Assembly (NCBI GenBank): GCA_023128825.1
Contig: JAGMDF010000082.1
Coordinates: 8,626 to 72,625 of the forward strand
DNA: 64,000 nt
Direction of reading: 5' to 3'
Source of the DNA: a candidate division WOR-3 bacterium
GTDB lineage: Bacteria > Hydrothermota > Tepidihabitantia > B3-TA06
Below the pieces are notes generated by a model, which worked only from the letters and a program-made list of their open reading frames with translations, had not been told where the DNA came from and searched no databases. Each line of letters begins with the position of its first letter. Within the stretch, counting starts at the first letter, position 1. The position numbers were made by a program, and so were the translations under genes. This document shows, in pieces, positions 26,565-36,752 of this stretch.

Positions 26565-27016
26565 TTCGTATATCAGAGGCTATCCGCGAAGAAGGGATTG
26601 TGCTTAACCTTAAGGCACAGGAAAAGGTTGCCGTAATCAAGGAACTGGTCTCGGTCATGGTAGATCTGGGGTTAATTCAGGACGAAAAAACATTCCTTGC
26701 CGACATCCTTAAGCGGGAGAACCTGGAAAGCACAGGTATTGGTCTTGGTGTAGCAATACCCCATGCCAGAACAACCGCGACCAATGAACTTCTTCTCGCC
26801 TTTGGCCGCTCCGCCAAGGGGGTTGATTTCAACTCGCTCGACGGCAAACCCTCCCACCTTATCTTCCTCATAGCTGCACCCGAGGAGAAGAAATCCCACT
26901 ACATCATGGCGCTTGCCAGGCTCTCAAAGATGCTGCACAAGGAAGAGATGCGCACCAGGTTGTCAAAAGCGGCCACTCCGGCAGAGGTCATGGAAATCTT
27001 GAAAGAAGCAGAGTAA
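26561..27016 (+). CDS. ptsN: PTS EIIA type-2 domain protein (nitrogen-regulatory IIA-Ntr / PtsN-like)
   Basis: 'TGIGLGVAIPHARTTATNELLLAFGRS...SHLIFLIAAPEE' with phospho-acceptor His in 'AIPHAR'. Confidence 0.75.
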   Translation: MIRISEAIREEGIVLNLKAQEKVAVIKELVSVMVDLGLIQDEKTFLADILKRENLESTGIGLGVAIPHARTTATNELLLAFGRSAKGVDFNSLDGKPSHLIFLIAAPEEKKSHYIMALARLSKMLHKEEMRTRLSKAATPAEVMEILKEAE

Positions 27017-27076
27017 GACAATCACAACTCACGTGCTGAAAAGGAACGGTCTCTGGTGACCGTTTCTTTTTACAGC

Positions 27077-27664
27077 TCAGGGCTGAGGGCGAACGTCAAG
27101 CAGGACGCGCTTGGCAAGGACAGCTTCGGAACCGAATATCTCCTCGGCCTTGTCGTAGAGTGAAATGAACAACTGAAGAAAATACTCGCGAATCTCTTCC
27201 GGAGCAGGGAATGGCTCTGAGATATGAGGGATGATCCCTTCCCAGCTAAGTCCAGGCAAGGCATCCTTAAGCTCGTCAGCCTCTTGCAGGATGGAATCGA
27301 TCTCGTTCTCCCAAAACTCGGCGTCATGCTCGACGTCGCTGAAAAGATCCACAAAAAGCGCCAGGCGATCCGCCTGATGCTCTACGTACCTTTGCAGACT
27401 CTCGCCGCTGTATAAAAAACCGGTCTGCACAAGCCAGGCTATGGAGTGAAGTCCGACCTCGTAGTCCAGACCCGAGGCCAGGATCGCCTCGCGAGCACTA
27501 CGTTCGCCGTCAACCGCCTCAAGGATCAGTCTATCTTGCTCACGCAGAGCCTTGGGAGTCAGCTCGGTCTCCTGGCTGCTCCTGAATAACTTGGCCTCCA
27601 GGGAGCCTATGACAGCTAAAGCTTTCCGAGCACCGAAGGTCAACCTTCGTTTATCCATCCACAA
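27077..27664 (-). CDS. hypothetical protein (195 aa)
   Basis: Overlaps the end of the yceD-like gene; no recognisable family. Confidence 0.4.
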   Translation of the reverse strand: MWMDKRRLTFGARKALAVIGSLEAKLFRSSQETELTPKALREQDRLILEAVDGERSAREAILASGLDYEVGLHSIAWLVQTGFLYSGESLQRYVEHQADRLALFVDLFSDVEHDAEFWENEIDSILQEADELKDALPGLSWEGIIPHISEPFPAPEEIREYFLQLFISLYDKAEEIFGSEAVLAKRVLLDVRPQP

Positions 27665-28169
27665 GCCTCCTTAGCTTTTCAAAAGGAGAGGGTTTTAGGC
27701 GGGTGTTGCACTTGCAACTTTCACGATTCAGATTGGCACCGCACGAGGGACAAAGCCCCCGGCAATCCTCGCGGCACAGCGCAGCAACCGGCAAGGAGAG
27801 AAGAAACGTATCCCTGACCACGTCCCTGAGATCGACCTCGCCGGTGTAAAACTCCAGATCGGTCGCCTCCGCTTCCAAGTCCTCACCTTGCCCTTTAGCT
27901 TCAGGAAGGAAGGTCACGTTCGCTGAGGTGCCTACACTGTAATCGGTCGGTTCACCGCATCTTGAGCATTCAAGTTCGATACCCGTCTTAAGATCAAGGT
28001 GCAGATCTATCCGATCGCCGGTGCGGACGAGAACAATCGAGCAGTGCAATGGCTCACGGAAGTTGTATGCATCCAGATCGAGTTCCTCTACATTCGCCTC
28101 GATCTCAAAGCGGTTGGAGCCTTCTGCAAGCTGGCTGGGCAGGAATACAAGCGAGGAGTCGCGGCTCAT
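27651..28169 (-). CDS. yceD: YceD/DUF177-family protein (large-subunit rRNA accumulation protein)
   Basis: 'CREDCRGLCPSCGANLNRESCKC' DUF177 Cys motif; ATG 28169 overlaps the upstream stop (ATGA). The longer track ORF upstream has no SD. Confidence 0.75.
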   Translation of the reverse strand: MSRDSSLVFLPSQLAEGSNRFEIEANVEELDLDAYNFREPLHCSIVLVRTGDRIDLHLDLKTGIELECSRCGEPTDYSVGTSANVTFLPEAKGQGEDLEAEATDLEFYTGEVDLRDVVRDTFLLSLPVAALCREDCRGLCPSCGANLNRESCKCNTRLKPSPFEKLRRLVDG

Positions 28170-28576
28170 GAGTCCAGAGCCTCCATCATCCCGAGTACCA
28201 AAAGCTCCCTTGCGCGCTTGAAGTGCTCGAAGCCCTCCGGGCTGGAACCGCCAAGAAGCTTCTCGTAGGAGGCTTGTCCCAGATCGGAGATTTCCTCGCG
28301 ATCCTTGCCTGCCGCAAGACGACAGAGTATATCCGCTGCCACGAACATGTGCGGGTCGCACAGCGCACACATGAACTTAAGCAGAGAAAGACGGGAATCC
28401 TTGAGCCTGCCGTAAAGGAAAACCTGATCCTTGTTCCCCTTGCGAGGACAAAGCTCTCCCTTGATTTCCACCTCCGCACCATCTATCTTCCCCATAAGAC
28501 TCTCAGCCGGATTCGAAAACAGACCCTTAAAATAACGAATGATTACAGGCTCTTCCGCCAATTCAGCCTCCTGCAA
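28166..28576 (-). CDS. Cys-containing small protein co-transcribed with cysteine desulfurase (possible sulfur carrier/scaffold)
   Basis: 136 aa; 'ELCPRK', 'FMCALCDPH', 'ILCRL' cysteines; no clean IscU/SufU/TusA signature. Confidence 0.35.
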   Translation of the reverse strand: MQEAELAEEPVIIRYFKGLFSNPAESLMGKIDGAEVEIKGELCPRKGNKDQVFLYGRLKDSRLSLLKFMCALCDPHMFVAADILCRLAAGKDREEISDLGQASYEKLLGGSSPEGFEHFKRARELLVLGMMEALDS

Positions 28577-29891
28577 AGGTAGGCAGGTCGGCGATCTCTT
28601 CGAGTATCCGACTCATCGTAGAAGCAAAGAGCTCAACCTCTTCAAGCGTATTGTAGAGATAGAAGGAGGCGCGGAAGAGTGTGGGACGAAAACCTCCCCA
28701 GAACGCATCGAACTGCTCCTCGTGTGCGTGATACCAGGAGTGGACGCAGAAGGTTCCCTTGCGGATCATGATGTTTGCTCTCCCGTCAAGCTTCTCGTCA
28801 ATGTCAGGCTCGGAATCCGAGAACCGGGTCGCGGGCTTGAGGAGATAGAAGGTGCATATCCCTGAGCGTTCGTCCGGATCGCGCGGCCCCAGTATCTTAA
28901 TCTCAGGGAACCCCTGGAGTCTCTCGGTGAGTGCACGGTTCAGCACCCGTTCATGCTCGGCGATACGTTCAGGCCCGACCTCGGCAAGGAACCGCGCGGC
29001 CGCACCTGCGCCGATGATGCCCGCATAGTTCTGCAAGCCGGCCTCGAACTTGTACGGAGCCTTGAAGTAGCGAGGATGCCCAAAAAGATGGGTATCCTCC
29101 ACCGTGCCACCGCCAACGATAAAAGGCTGGATCACCGACTCGTCGTTTAGAAACTCCTTTCGTCCGTAAAGCACCCCTACCCCAGTGGGACCGCACATCT
29201 TGTGGATAGAGAAGGCGATAAAGTCAACACCCAGTCCCTGCACGTTCACCTGTTTGTGCGGCACGCTCTGTGCAGCATCAAGGAAAACAAAAGCGTCAGG
29301 GTTTTGAGCCCTGGTAAGCCTCACTACCTCCCTTATCACCTCATCAGGGATCGACGTACCGTCAAGATTCGATGAGTGGCACAAACTCACCATCCGCACC
29401 TTGCCCCCCTCTTCCTCCAGGACCTTACGGAACGCCTCCAGGTGGAATCTGTTTTGCTCATCTGCAGGTATGGCACGGTGCTTTGATACGATACCCCGTT
29501 CCACAAGCTCCTGCCATGGGCAGAGATTGGAGTTGTGCTCCTTGTCGGTGGTTAAAACAACGTCTTCAGGATTCCATCGCAGCGACTGGGCCACCAGATT
29601 GATCGCCTCGGTGGTGTTCTTGGTGAATACGATCTCCTTGATGCTCGATGCCCCGATAAGCTGTCTTATGGCTTCTCTGGACTCCTCAACCCCTTTATCC
29701 ACCTGGGCAGCGAACCAGTGGGTGCTGCGCTCGCCGCAAGCCGGATATCGGTTGTAGTAATCAAGGATAGCATCAATAACCGGCTGCGGCTTAAGCGTCA
29801 TGCATGCGTTGTCGAAATAGATCGGCGGGCGGCCTCCTCGCTCCTGATTTAAGGATGGGAACAAATTCCGATAATCTTTGAGTTCAGTCAT
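28563..29891 (-). CDS. cysteine desulfurase-family aminotransferase class V (SufS/CsdA-like)
   Basis: PLP lysine context 'FSIHKMCGPTGVGVLYG'; catalytic Cys loop 'RKGTFCVHSWYHA'; 442 aa. Confidence 0.75.
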   Translation of the reverse strand: MTELKDYRNLFPSLNQERGGRPPIYFDNACMTLKPQPVIDAILDYYNRYPACGERSTHWFAAQVDKGVEESREAIRQLIGASSIKEIVFTKNTTEAINLVAQSLRWNPEDVVLTTDKEHNSNLCPWQELVERGIVSKHRAIPADEQNRFHLEAFRKVLEEEGGKVRMVSLCHSSNLDGTSIPDEVIREVVRLTRAQNPDAFVFLDAAQSVPHKQVNVQGLGVDFIAFSIHKMCGPTGVGVLYGRKEFLNDESVIQPFIVGGGTVEDTHLFGHPRYFKAPYKFEAGLQNYAGIIGAGAAARFLAEVGPERIAEHERVLNRALTERLQGFPEIKILGPRDPDERSGICTFYLLKPATRFSDSEPDIDEKLDGRANIMIRKGTFCVHSWYHAHEEQFDAFWGGFRPTLFRASFYLYNTLEEVELFASTMSRILEEIADLPTFAGG

Positions 29892-29982
29892 TCCCTAATC
29901 ATAATAAAGATTAGCCGCCTGTCAATTGAGGAGACTTGACATCTTAGTGGGTTGAGTTAGGATAGAGCAAAGGAGGCGACTG

Positions 29983-31671
29983 ATGAAAAAAGTGGTGTTG
30001 ATTATGGGAGGGCTGATTTTATGCGGCTCACTTTGGGCTACCGCTCCGATGAGGGAAGGTCCATACCCCAGGGAAGCAATTCCCTCTCCTCTGATGCCGG
30101 ACACCATGAATCCATTGAAACTGCGCTTCAACTATCTTTACGAGTTTGCACAGATTGCCCAGTTCTGCGCCGAATGGCAGCTGGACGAGGCGGATTCTGC
30201 AGATCACGGCGGGATGATAGAGGCGGAAACAGGCCCTCTGCGCCCGGTAATCCAGACCGACAACACCCTGGAGGCGATCTGGGTGTGGGCGCGCTACGGG
30301 GAATTTACCGGAGATACGGCCAGGTTCCGGGAGAATATCGACAAAGCATGGTTTTACTGCAACAACTTCCCCGCCTGGCAGGAGGAGGGTGAGCCGGGTG
30401 CCCATTATTACCGCAACCACAACTGCGCGTGGGGCGTGGCGGCGGAGCAGCGCTACCGCGCGGTGTATGCTGACGACGCCTACAGGTGGTATGCCGATTC
30501 CTGTGCGGAGTTCATGAAGTTCCATCCCATGAACATCTGGAACATGGTCAACCGCTTCGTCACCGGCTGGTGCGCGGGTTGGCTGTACTCCTACGGGGTG
30601 GAGCGAGAAGACGGCGAGGCCCGGGACAGTGCGTGCTCGTTCGCCGACAGCCTGCTCAGCTTCATCGAACCCCAGATCGAGGCAAAGCTCGGGGACGAAA
30701 GGTGGGCGATGTCTGCAGGAACCATGGTGTGGGGCATCTGTAACTCCGCCTTTCAGCGAGATAGTCTCAGAGGCAAGGAATGGATCGAGGCAAACGGCCC
30801 CTACCTTGATACCTTCCAGACCTGGTATGCCAACGATTATTTCTCCTGGGATAACGCCTGGAACGTGGGGTTTGCCAACGGCCACGGCGCGATGTACGAT
30901 ATATCGCATGATCCTACTTATGCCCGCCACCACCGCTGGCTCACCCACAAGCTTCTTTCCTACGATACCGACTCGGACGGCGGGATAATGGCCACCACCC
31001 AGGACGTGGATACCACGGACATGACCTGGGTGTCATTATATCTCTGCATGATGGGTCTTGACCGGTTGATCGGAGAAGTTTATGACTACGACGCGGGCGC
31101 GCTGGAGATTGTGGGACTCCACGACGGTGATCAGATAGAGGAGGGAACCCGGATGGACCTGGTGGCGGTGGTTTCGAATTACGGTCGAGAGCCGCTCAGC
31201 AACGTAAAGGTGACACTTTCTGGCGACGCATCGGGTTCGGCTGAATCAGACCTTGCCTTCCTTGGGATGGACACGATAACGCTCGTATTTGATTGGCTTG
31301 TACCTGATTCGGCTGTGCTTACCCTGACGACATCACATCCACAGGACGAAGATCACGCTAACGACACATTGATCGTGCGGCTGAACAAAGCGGCAGGCAT
31401 AAATGAGGGGTCGAAAAAACCGTCGAGATTACATCTGGAGGTCGCCTCCCTGACAAAATCGATCTGCCGCATTACTTATGCCCTTCCTGAGGGGAATCAC
31501 GGTGAGCTTTCGCTCTACAACATCCTCGGCGCCAAAGTCAAAAGAGAAAACCTGAGGACTTCTGATGGAGTAGTGGATTGGGATCTTTCCGGGCTACCCG
31601 GCGGGGTTTACTTCGTCCGGCTCAACTCAGGAGATCATCACATCACAAGGCGGCTTACCTTGTTGCGTTAA
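29983..31671 (+). CDS. secreted protein with T9SS C-terminal sorting domain (N-terminal Trp-rich, possibly glycosidase-like alpha/alpha-toroid)
   Basis: Signal peptide; C-terminus 'ELSLYNILGAKVKRENLRTSDGVVDWDLSGLPGGVYFVRLNSGDHHITRRLTLLR' is a canonical Por_Secre_tail. Confidence 0.75.
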   Translation: MKKVVLIMGGLILCGSLWATAPMREGPYPREAIPSPLMPDTMNPLKLRFNYLYEFAQIAQFCAEWQLDEADSADHGGMIEAETGPLRPVIQTDNTLEAIWVWARYGEFTGDTARFRENIDKAWFYCNNFPAWQEEGEPGAHYYRNHNCAWGVAAEQRYRAVYADDAYRWYADSCAEFMKFHPMNIWNMVNRFVTGWCAGWLYSYGVEREDGEARDSACSFADSLLSFIEPQIEAKLGDERWAMSAGTMVWGICNSAFQRDSLRGKEWIEANGPYLDTFQTWYANDYFSWDNAWNVGFANGHGAMYDISHDPTYARHHRWLTHKLLSYDTDSDGGIMATTQDVDTTDMTWVSLYLCMMGLDRLIGEVYDYDAGALEIVGLHDGDQIEEGTRMDLVAVVSNYGREPLSNVKVTLSGDASGSAESDLAFLGMDTITLVFDWLVPDSAVLTLTTSHPQDEDHANDTLIVRLNKAAGINEGSKKPSRLHLEVASLTKSICRITYALPEGNHGELSLYNILGAKVKRENLRTSDGVVDWDLSGLPGGVYFVRLNSGDHHITRRLTLLR

Positions 31672-32851
31672 ACTCCTTCCAAGCGGGAAGTATAACCTTA
31701 TAGTAGTACTCCTCGGCAAGACGCTTGCGGTCGAAACGTTCGCCTACTTTTCTTGCTCGCTTTGACATCTTGCGTAATCGAGCGGGGTCCTTAAGTAATG
31801 CTGCGGTTTGTTCTGCCAAGAGCTGGGGGGATGAATCAAGGATACCTGCTTTGTTGTCTGTAATCAACCGCTTTGTCTCTATGTAGAAGTCAGGGTCAAG
31901 CAATCCGATAACCGGTAGACCAGCCGCCAGGTACTCATATTCTTTCGCGCCTATCGCTCCCCGGTAAGCGGGGCAGTTACCCAAAAGAGCGTTTAACCCT
32001 AAGCGAGCGCGACCCAAGAGTCCTGGGAGTTTCTCAGGAGGGTGAGGGAACTCAATGAACACATTCTTCCATAAACCGAGACGGTCTATTCCCTCAAGGA
32101 ATTCCCTGCCAATCGGATTATCCAGGTTTGAAATAAAAAGGGCGCGCAATGATGGGTAAAGGCCTGCAAGAAACCGTAGGTATTTCAATAGACCTGCCGG
32201 GTTTCTGATTGCTATGAAGGTGCCAGAGTAAACGATATCGAATTCCTTCTTTACAGAAAGTCCTCCCGCAGAGATGCTCGTTTCGCTGCCATTACGCACC
32301 ACGAATAGTCGATGAGATGGGTAGTCGAGAAACTCCACCAGCTCTTTCTTGAGCCAATCGGTAACCGTGGTTATCCGGGAGGCCCTTACCCCCAGACGTT
32401 TCAATGAATTGATCTGAAAGGTCTTAAATGCCGTATGTATCAGCGTTGTTTTAGCCCGGATACCTCCCTGAGGCAAATCCCTCACATCAAGTATAAAAGG
32501 AACCCCAAGTCGCTTAGCCAACAAGTAACCCTCCCACATAGGCCATGCCGGAGGAATACTTGCCACTACAGCATCAGGATTGAGAGTTTTAACCTTCCGT
32601 AACAATCTGGAGAATGTCCAAGGAAGGTGTAGGAAATCGAGACGCAACCTGGCGAGGGGGAAGACAAGCCTGTTATAGCCCGTTGGTTTGTTAACATGTT
32701 CGGGTGCCACCACAGTAACTTGAGTCAACGCGCTCCAGTATTTGGCAAATGAATGAAGCCGCGAAGCGGCTGCCCCTCTAAAGGGAGGAAAAAGTGGTGC
32801 AAGTATCAAAATGTGAGGTCTTGGGGTATCCATATCCTGATAATGCTTCAT
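31655..32851 (-). CDS. glycosyltransferase family 4-like (GT-B)
   Basis: 'ILILAPLFPP' N-terminal GT-B start, C-terminal 'EYLAAGLPVIGL' donor-binding motif. Confidence 0.6.
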   Translation of the reverse strand: MKHYQDMDTPRPHILILAPLFPPFRGAAASRLHSFAKYWSALTQVTVVAPEHVNKPTGYNRLVFPLARLRLDFLHLPWTFSRLLRKVKTLNPDAVVASIPPAWPMWEGYLLAKRLGVPFILDVRDLPQGGIRAKTTLIHTAFKTFQINSLKRLGVRASRITTVTDWLKKELVEFLDYPSHRLFVVRNGSETSISAGGLSVKKEFDIVYSGTFIAIRNPAGLLKYLRFLAGLYPSLRALFISNLDNPIGREFLEGIDRLGLWKNVFIEFPHPPEKLPGLLGRARLGLNALLGNCPAYRGAIGAKEYEYLAAGLPVIGLLDPDFYIETKRLITDNKAGILDSSPQLLAEQTAALLKDPARLRKMSKRARKVGERFDRKRLAEEYYYKVILPAWKEFNATR

Positions 32852-32873
32852 CTTTTTAACGCTTCAAATCGCA

Positions 32874-34346
32874 TCAATCTTGTTCTCTTCGCAGAAATAT
32901 CTTTCTGAGAAACTTACGTTCAGAGGGAAGGAGAAATCCTGAAAATGTCAAGCCGGCAAAATAAAGGGCACTGCCCCCACCCAGCTTGATCAGGGAACCC
33001 AGCAGCGGGGTAAGTGGATGCCAGAAGAAACTTCCGGCAGTAATACTCAAACTTACCAAGGCGATGAGCAGGATGCGCTTGATCTCGTAGGGTATCTTCA
33101 TAAGTCGGCGGCTAAAAAAGATCATTGCCAAAAGCATCGCAGTGTAAGAAACGAGTGAGGCAAGCGCAGCCGCCCAAAGTCCGATCTTAGGTAATAAGAT
33201 TACATTAATTAACACGACAACTGCCGCTCCAATTAACGAGGTCCACGTGAAGAATCCTGTTCTTCTCTTTATGTAGCAAGGGGTAGATATAATGCTGTAG
33301 GCGCCGTAAAGACAAATCCCTAGAAGGAGAACGGGAATAAGGGGGTAACCCTCCCAGTATTCCGGTTTTTTGGCGATAATCTGCACAAGCTCTTTTGCGC
33401 ACCCCCCGATCACAATTAGCGCCCAGCCGCCGATGAACAGCATGTAAGTAAGTACACGAGAGGTTATCCTGGGAAGATCATCTCTTTCCTTAATAGAAAA
33501 AGCGTAGGGGATCCAGGCCAGGTTAACCGTCGCAACCAAAAGAAAAGAAACCAGGTTAGCAATATTCACAGCGAACCCATACACCCCCACCGCAGCTTCG
33601 CCAAGAACAGGCTTTATGAGCCAGCGATCAAGCATGTTTCTGATCCAGAAAAAGGCCATATTGGGAACCAAAGGCAGTGCATACCGGAACATGCTGCCCA
33701 AACTCTTAAAAGAAAACTTGATTCCTCGAGTATAAACATATACGATTGCTGTCACTGGTAAGAAGAACACCAGCGCCATAATCACATCTACCTGGTATAG
33801 CCCCACAAGGTCTCTTTTCAAAACCACGAGGAAGATAACCATCAATCCCACTTTGACCAGAGACTTGGCTATTGTAAAGATAGTGTAGACGCCCGGACGT
33901 CTCTCGCAGCGCAGGAAGGAAAGGAAAATAAAGCTGGGTGGTGTCAGCGTAGTAAAGATTGCAAACAACCGAAGTATAGCTACTGCATCCGGGGTGTCCA
34001 AAGCCATGAGTCGTGCCAGTTGTGGGGCAAAGAGGAAAGTCAACCCACCTATTAAGAAGGAGGTTATAACACTGAAGGTGAACCCGGTGGAGATGACGGT
34101 TCGGCGTTCTTCAGGGGTCTTGACTTTGTAGAAATCGGCTATAACTGCCTGTTCGATTGAAAGCAGAATAATAATTTTAAGAATTTCGTAAAGGGGTATA
34201 GTCAAGTTGCGGATCCCGTAACTCGCGATGGGAAGATAGGCGGAGTAGAGGGGAAGCAACACAAATCGAATAAGACGGTCGCTGGCGTTGCCGATCCCGT
34301 ATATCAACGTATCTTTAGTAAGGCTCTTGAAATCCTTTAAGGCCAT
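32874..34346 (-). CDS. polysaccharide biosynthesis flippase (Wzx / MOP superfamily)
   Basis: 490 aa, about 12-14 TM helices, 'polysacc_synt'-type topology. Confidence 0.7.
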   Translation of the reverse strand: MALKDFKSLTKDTLIYGIGNASDRLIRFVLLPLYSAYLPIASYGIRNLTIPLYEILKIIILLSIEQAVIADFYKVKTPEERRTVISTGFTFSVITSFLIGGLTFLFAPQLARLMALDTPDAVAILRLFAIFTTLTPPSFIFLSFLRCERRPGVYTIFTIAKSLVKVGLMVIFLVVLKRDLVGLYQVDVIMALVFFLPVTAIVYVYTRGIKFSFKSLGSMFRYALPLVPNMAFFWIRNMLDRWLIKPVLGEAAVGVYGFAVNIANLVSFLLVATVNLAWIPYAFSIKERDDLPRITSRVLTYMLFIGGWALIVIGGCAKELVQIIAKKPEYWEGYPLIPVLLLGICLYGAYSIISTPCYIKRRTGFFTWTSLIGAAVVVLINVILLPKIGLWAAALASLVSYTAMLLAMIFFSRRLMKIPYEIKRILLIALVSLSITAGSFFWHPLTPLLGSLIKLGGGSALYFAGLTFSGFLLPSERKFLRKIFLRREQD

Positions 34347-34352
34347 AAGGTC

Positions 34353-35456
34353 TTATAAGCCCAGGGCCTTAAGTATCTCCTGCTGCATCCGCTCGACCGC
34401 CTTGCCGTTGCCAAACGCCTCTAGATCGGGCGGTTGATCCGGAAGCGTTAGTTGCGCGATTCCCTCCAGTATAGCTTTGGGATCTGTACCTACAATATGG
34501 TTCCATCCTTCCTCAAGCGTTTCCGGCCACTCGGTCTCCTCCCGAAGCGTAAGACAGGGACGGGAAAGGAAGTATGCTTCGCGCTGCACGCCGCCAGAAT
34601 CCGTAAGGATCAAGGAAGCATGTTCCTCCAGCACAAGCATGTCGAGATAAGATACCGGAGGGATTACGTCGATGTTATCCAGATCGTGAGAGGAAAGCTT
34701 ATCCAGTGTCTTGGCGGTTCGCGGATGACACGGAAAAATGATACGGGGGCGATCTTCGCGGATAAATGCTTTGATGATCATTCCAAGCTTGCTTTCGTCG
34801 TCAACGTTGGAAGGTCGATGCATGGTTAAAAGCCAGAAGGGCTGATCATTCAACGCCAAACGATCGAGCACATCCGAGGTTTCGTGAGCCCGCGGCAGGA
34901 AGTAATGAAGGGTATCCAAAAGAATGTCCCCGGTGTGAATCACTCCATCTTTGCGTCCTTCCTTTTTGAGGTTGTTAACCGAGGTCGGTGTAGGGCAAAA
35001 CAAAATTTCCGAAACCGCATCGGTTACTATACGATTTATTTCTTCCGGCATCCTGCGGTTGCCGCTGCGTAGCCCTGCCTCAACGTGAGCAACCGGGATG
35101 TGGAGCTTTACCGCGGCTAAGGCTCCGGCGAGCGTTGAGTTGGTGTCGCCGTAAACTATGACCAGATCAGGCTTCTCATCCATAAGCACCTTCTCGATCC
35201 CAATCATCGCATCGCCGGTCTGACGGGCGTGGGTTCCTGAACCTACACCAAGATCGAAGTCAGGACGGTAGTTGAGTTCGTCGAAAAAGACCTGTGCCAT
35301 GTCAGGGCTGTAGTGCTGACCGGTATGAAGATGAAGGTGGGTCAATCCCGGAGCTTCTCTGGCTAAAGTCCTAGAAAGCATCGCCGCCTTGATGAACTGG
35401 GGACGGGCACCGACTACTGAGAGGAGCTTTCTCTGCGCTCCAGGAACATCAAACAT
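34353..35456 (-). CDS. wecB: UDP-N-acetylglucosamine 2-epimerase (non-hydrolysing)
   Basis: 'VHVEAGLRSGNRRMPEEINRIVTDAVSEILFCPT' and 'HRPSN' epimerase_2 motifs. Confidence 0.85.
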   Translation of the reverse strand: MFDVPGAQRKLLSVVGARPQFIKAAMLSRTLAREAPGLTHLHLHTGQHYSPDMAQVFFDELNYRPDFDLGVGSGTHARQTGDAMIGIEKVLMDEKPDLVIVYGDTNSTLAGALAAVKLHIPVAHVEAGLRSGNRRMPEEINRIVTDAVSEILFCPTPTSVNNLKKEGRKDGVIHTGDILLDTLHYFLPRAHETSDVLDRLALNDQPFWLLTMHRPSNVDDESKLGMIIKAFIREDRPRIIFPCHPRTAKTLDKLSSHDLDNIDVIPPVSYLDMLVLEEHASLILTDSGGVQREAYFLSRPCLTLREETEWPETLEEGWNHIVGTDPKAILEGIAQLTLPDQPPDLEAFGNGKAVERMQQEILKALGL

Positions 35457-35546
35457 GCTGAATCATAAATGAGATTTTCCCTATGTCAATAAGCACAACC
35501 AGAGTGCCCTCATTGACAGAAGCCAGCAAGCGAGGTATTATTTGGT

Positions 35547-36752
35547 ATGTGGAGATTCCCGCGCTACGTTCTGCGGCAGTACCTCGTCCCTCTCGTTCTT
35601 GCATGGGCGGTGCTTACCGGCGTATTCCTTATGGACAGGCTCTTTCTGCTTGTAGATCTCATCGTCCGCAAAGGCCTGGCACTACAGCACGTTTTGGAGA
35701 TACTCCTCTACACCTTGCCATTTGTCATGGCCATGTCGGTTCCACTCGCATCACTTGCAGGTGCGATGATGACCTTCGGCAGGCTGGCTCAGGACAACGA
35801 GATACTTGCCTTGCGTTCTGCAGGAGTGAGACTCTTTTCGGTTTTTGTACCCATGCTTTGGTTTACCGCATTGCTTGCAGGAGTCATGGTCTACTTCAAT
35901 CTCTACGTGCTGCCTGAGGCCAACCACCGCGTAAGGAACATGCTCGCGGACGTCTCGAGCAAGAAGCCTACGGCGCGTATTGAGGAGGGACTCTTTAACG
36001 AAGATTTCCCAGGCTACACCATATACATCGCCCGAAAGGACGAGCGCCGCTCCAGGATCTACGATGTGATGGTATATGTAAAGAAGAGCACGGTTCCCAC
36101 GATGATCACGGCACCCGAGGGCAAACTTGAGGTCACCGCGGATGAACGCTACATGATAATGACTCTCTACGGGAGCGAGATCCACGAACAGGTGGGGGAT
36201 AACTACCGGCGCATCCAGTCGGACACGCAGGTAATCAACCTTGAGATGAACACCGAACTTATAAGGCGGGAACGCAGCAGGCGTTCGGAAAGGGAGATGA
36301 CCCTCCCAATGCTTGCGGCGGATATAGAGAAAAACAGAGAGAAGACAGGGGAATATGAAGCAGAACTCACAGAAGTGGGGAGCAACAAGATTAAACGTGA
36401 GGAGCTCGGTCGTCGCATCGAGAGCCTGGGGCGAAGGATCAACAGCCTGCGGGCCGAGATACACAAGTCTATTGCCTTTGCGATTGCTGGGATTATCTTC
36501 CTGTGTTTCGGAGCTGCCCTTGGAGGCAAGCTTCGTCGAGGTGGAATCGGGCTTGCGATTGTACTGAGCCTTATCTTCTTTGCGTTCTACTACATCCTTC
36601 TCATTGGCGGAGAGAACCTTGCCAAGTCAGGCAAATTGGTCGCATGGATCGCGATGTGGATGCCAAACCTCATCTTTCTCCCGTTCACAGTGGAGATCTT
36701 TGGGGAGGTATTTTTCGAGAACTCCCTCTTCCTGTGGAGACTGCGCCGATGA
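35547..36752 (+). CDS. LptF/LptG-family LPS export permease (YjgP/YjgQ)
   Basis: N-terminal TM triplet, large periplasmic beta-jellyroll insert, C-terminal TM triplet. Confidence 0.75.
   Translation: MWRFPRYVLRQYLVPLVLAWAVLTGVFLMDRLFLLVDLIVRKGLALQHVLEILLYTLPFVMAMSVPLASLAGAMMTFGRLAQDNEILALRSAGVRLFSVFVPMLWFTALLAGVMVYFNLYVLPEANHRVRNMLADVSSKKPTARIEEGLFNEDFPGYTIYIARKDERRSRIYDVMVYVKKSTVPTMITAPEGKLEVTADERYMIMTLYGSEIHEQVGDNYRRIQSDTQVINLEMNTELIRRERSRRSEREMTLPMLAADIEKNREKTGEYEAELTEVGSNKIKREELGRRIESLGRRINSLRAEIHKSIAFAIAGIIFLCFGAALGGKLRRGGIGLAIVLSLIFFAFYYILLIGGENLAKSGKLVAWIAMWMPNLIFLPFTVEIFGEVFFENSLFLWRLRR

Noticed and set aside
28166-28576. Calling the 136-aa protein SufU/IscU or TusA
   Set aside because: It has a CP dipeptide and four Cys, but lacks the IscU 'CGD...GC...AS' signature and the TusA 'CPxP' signature. 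It is left as an uncharacterised Cys protein.
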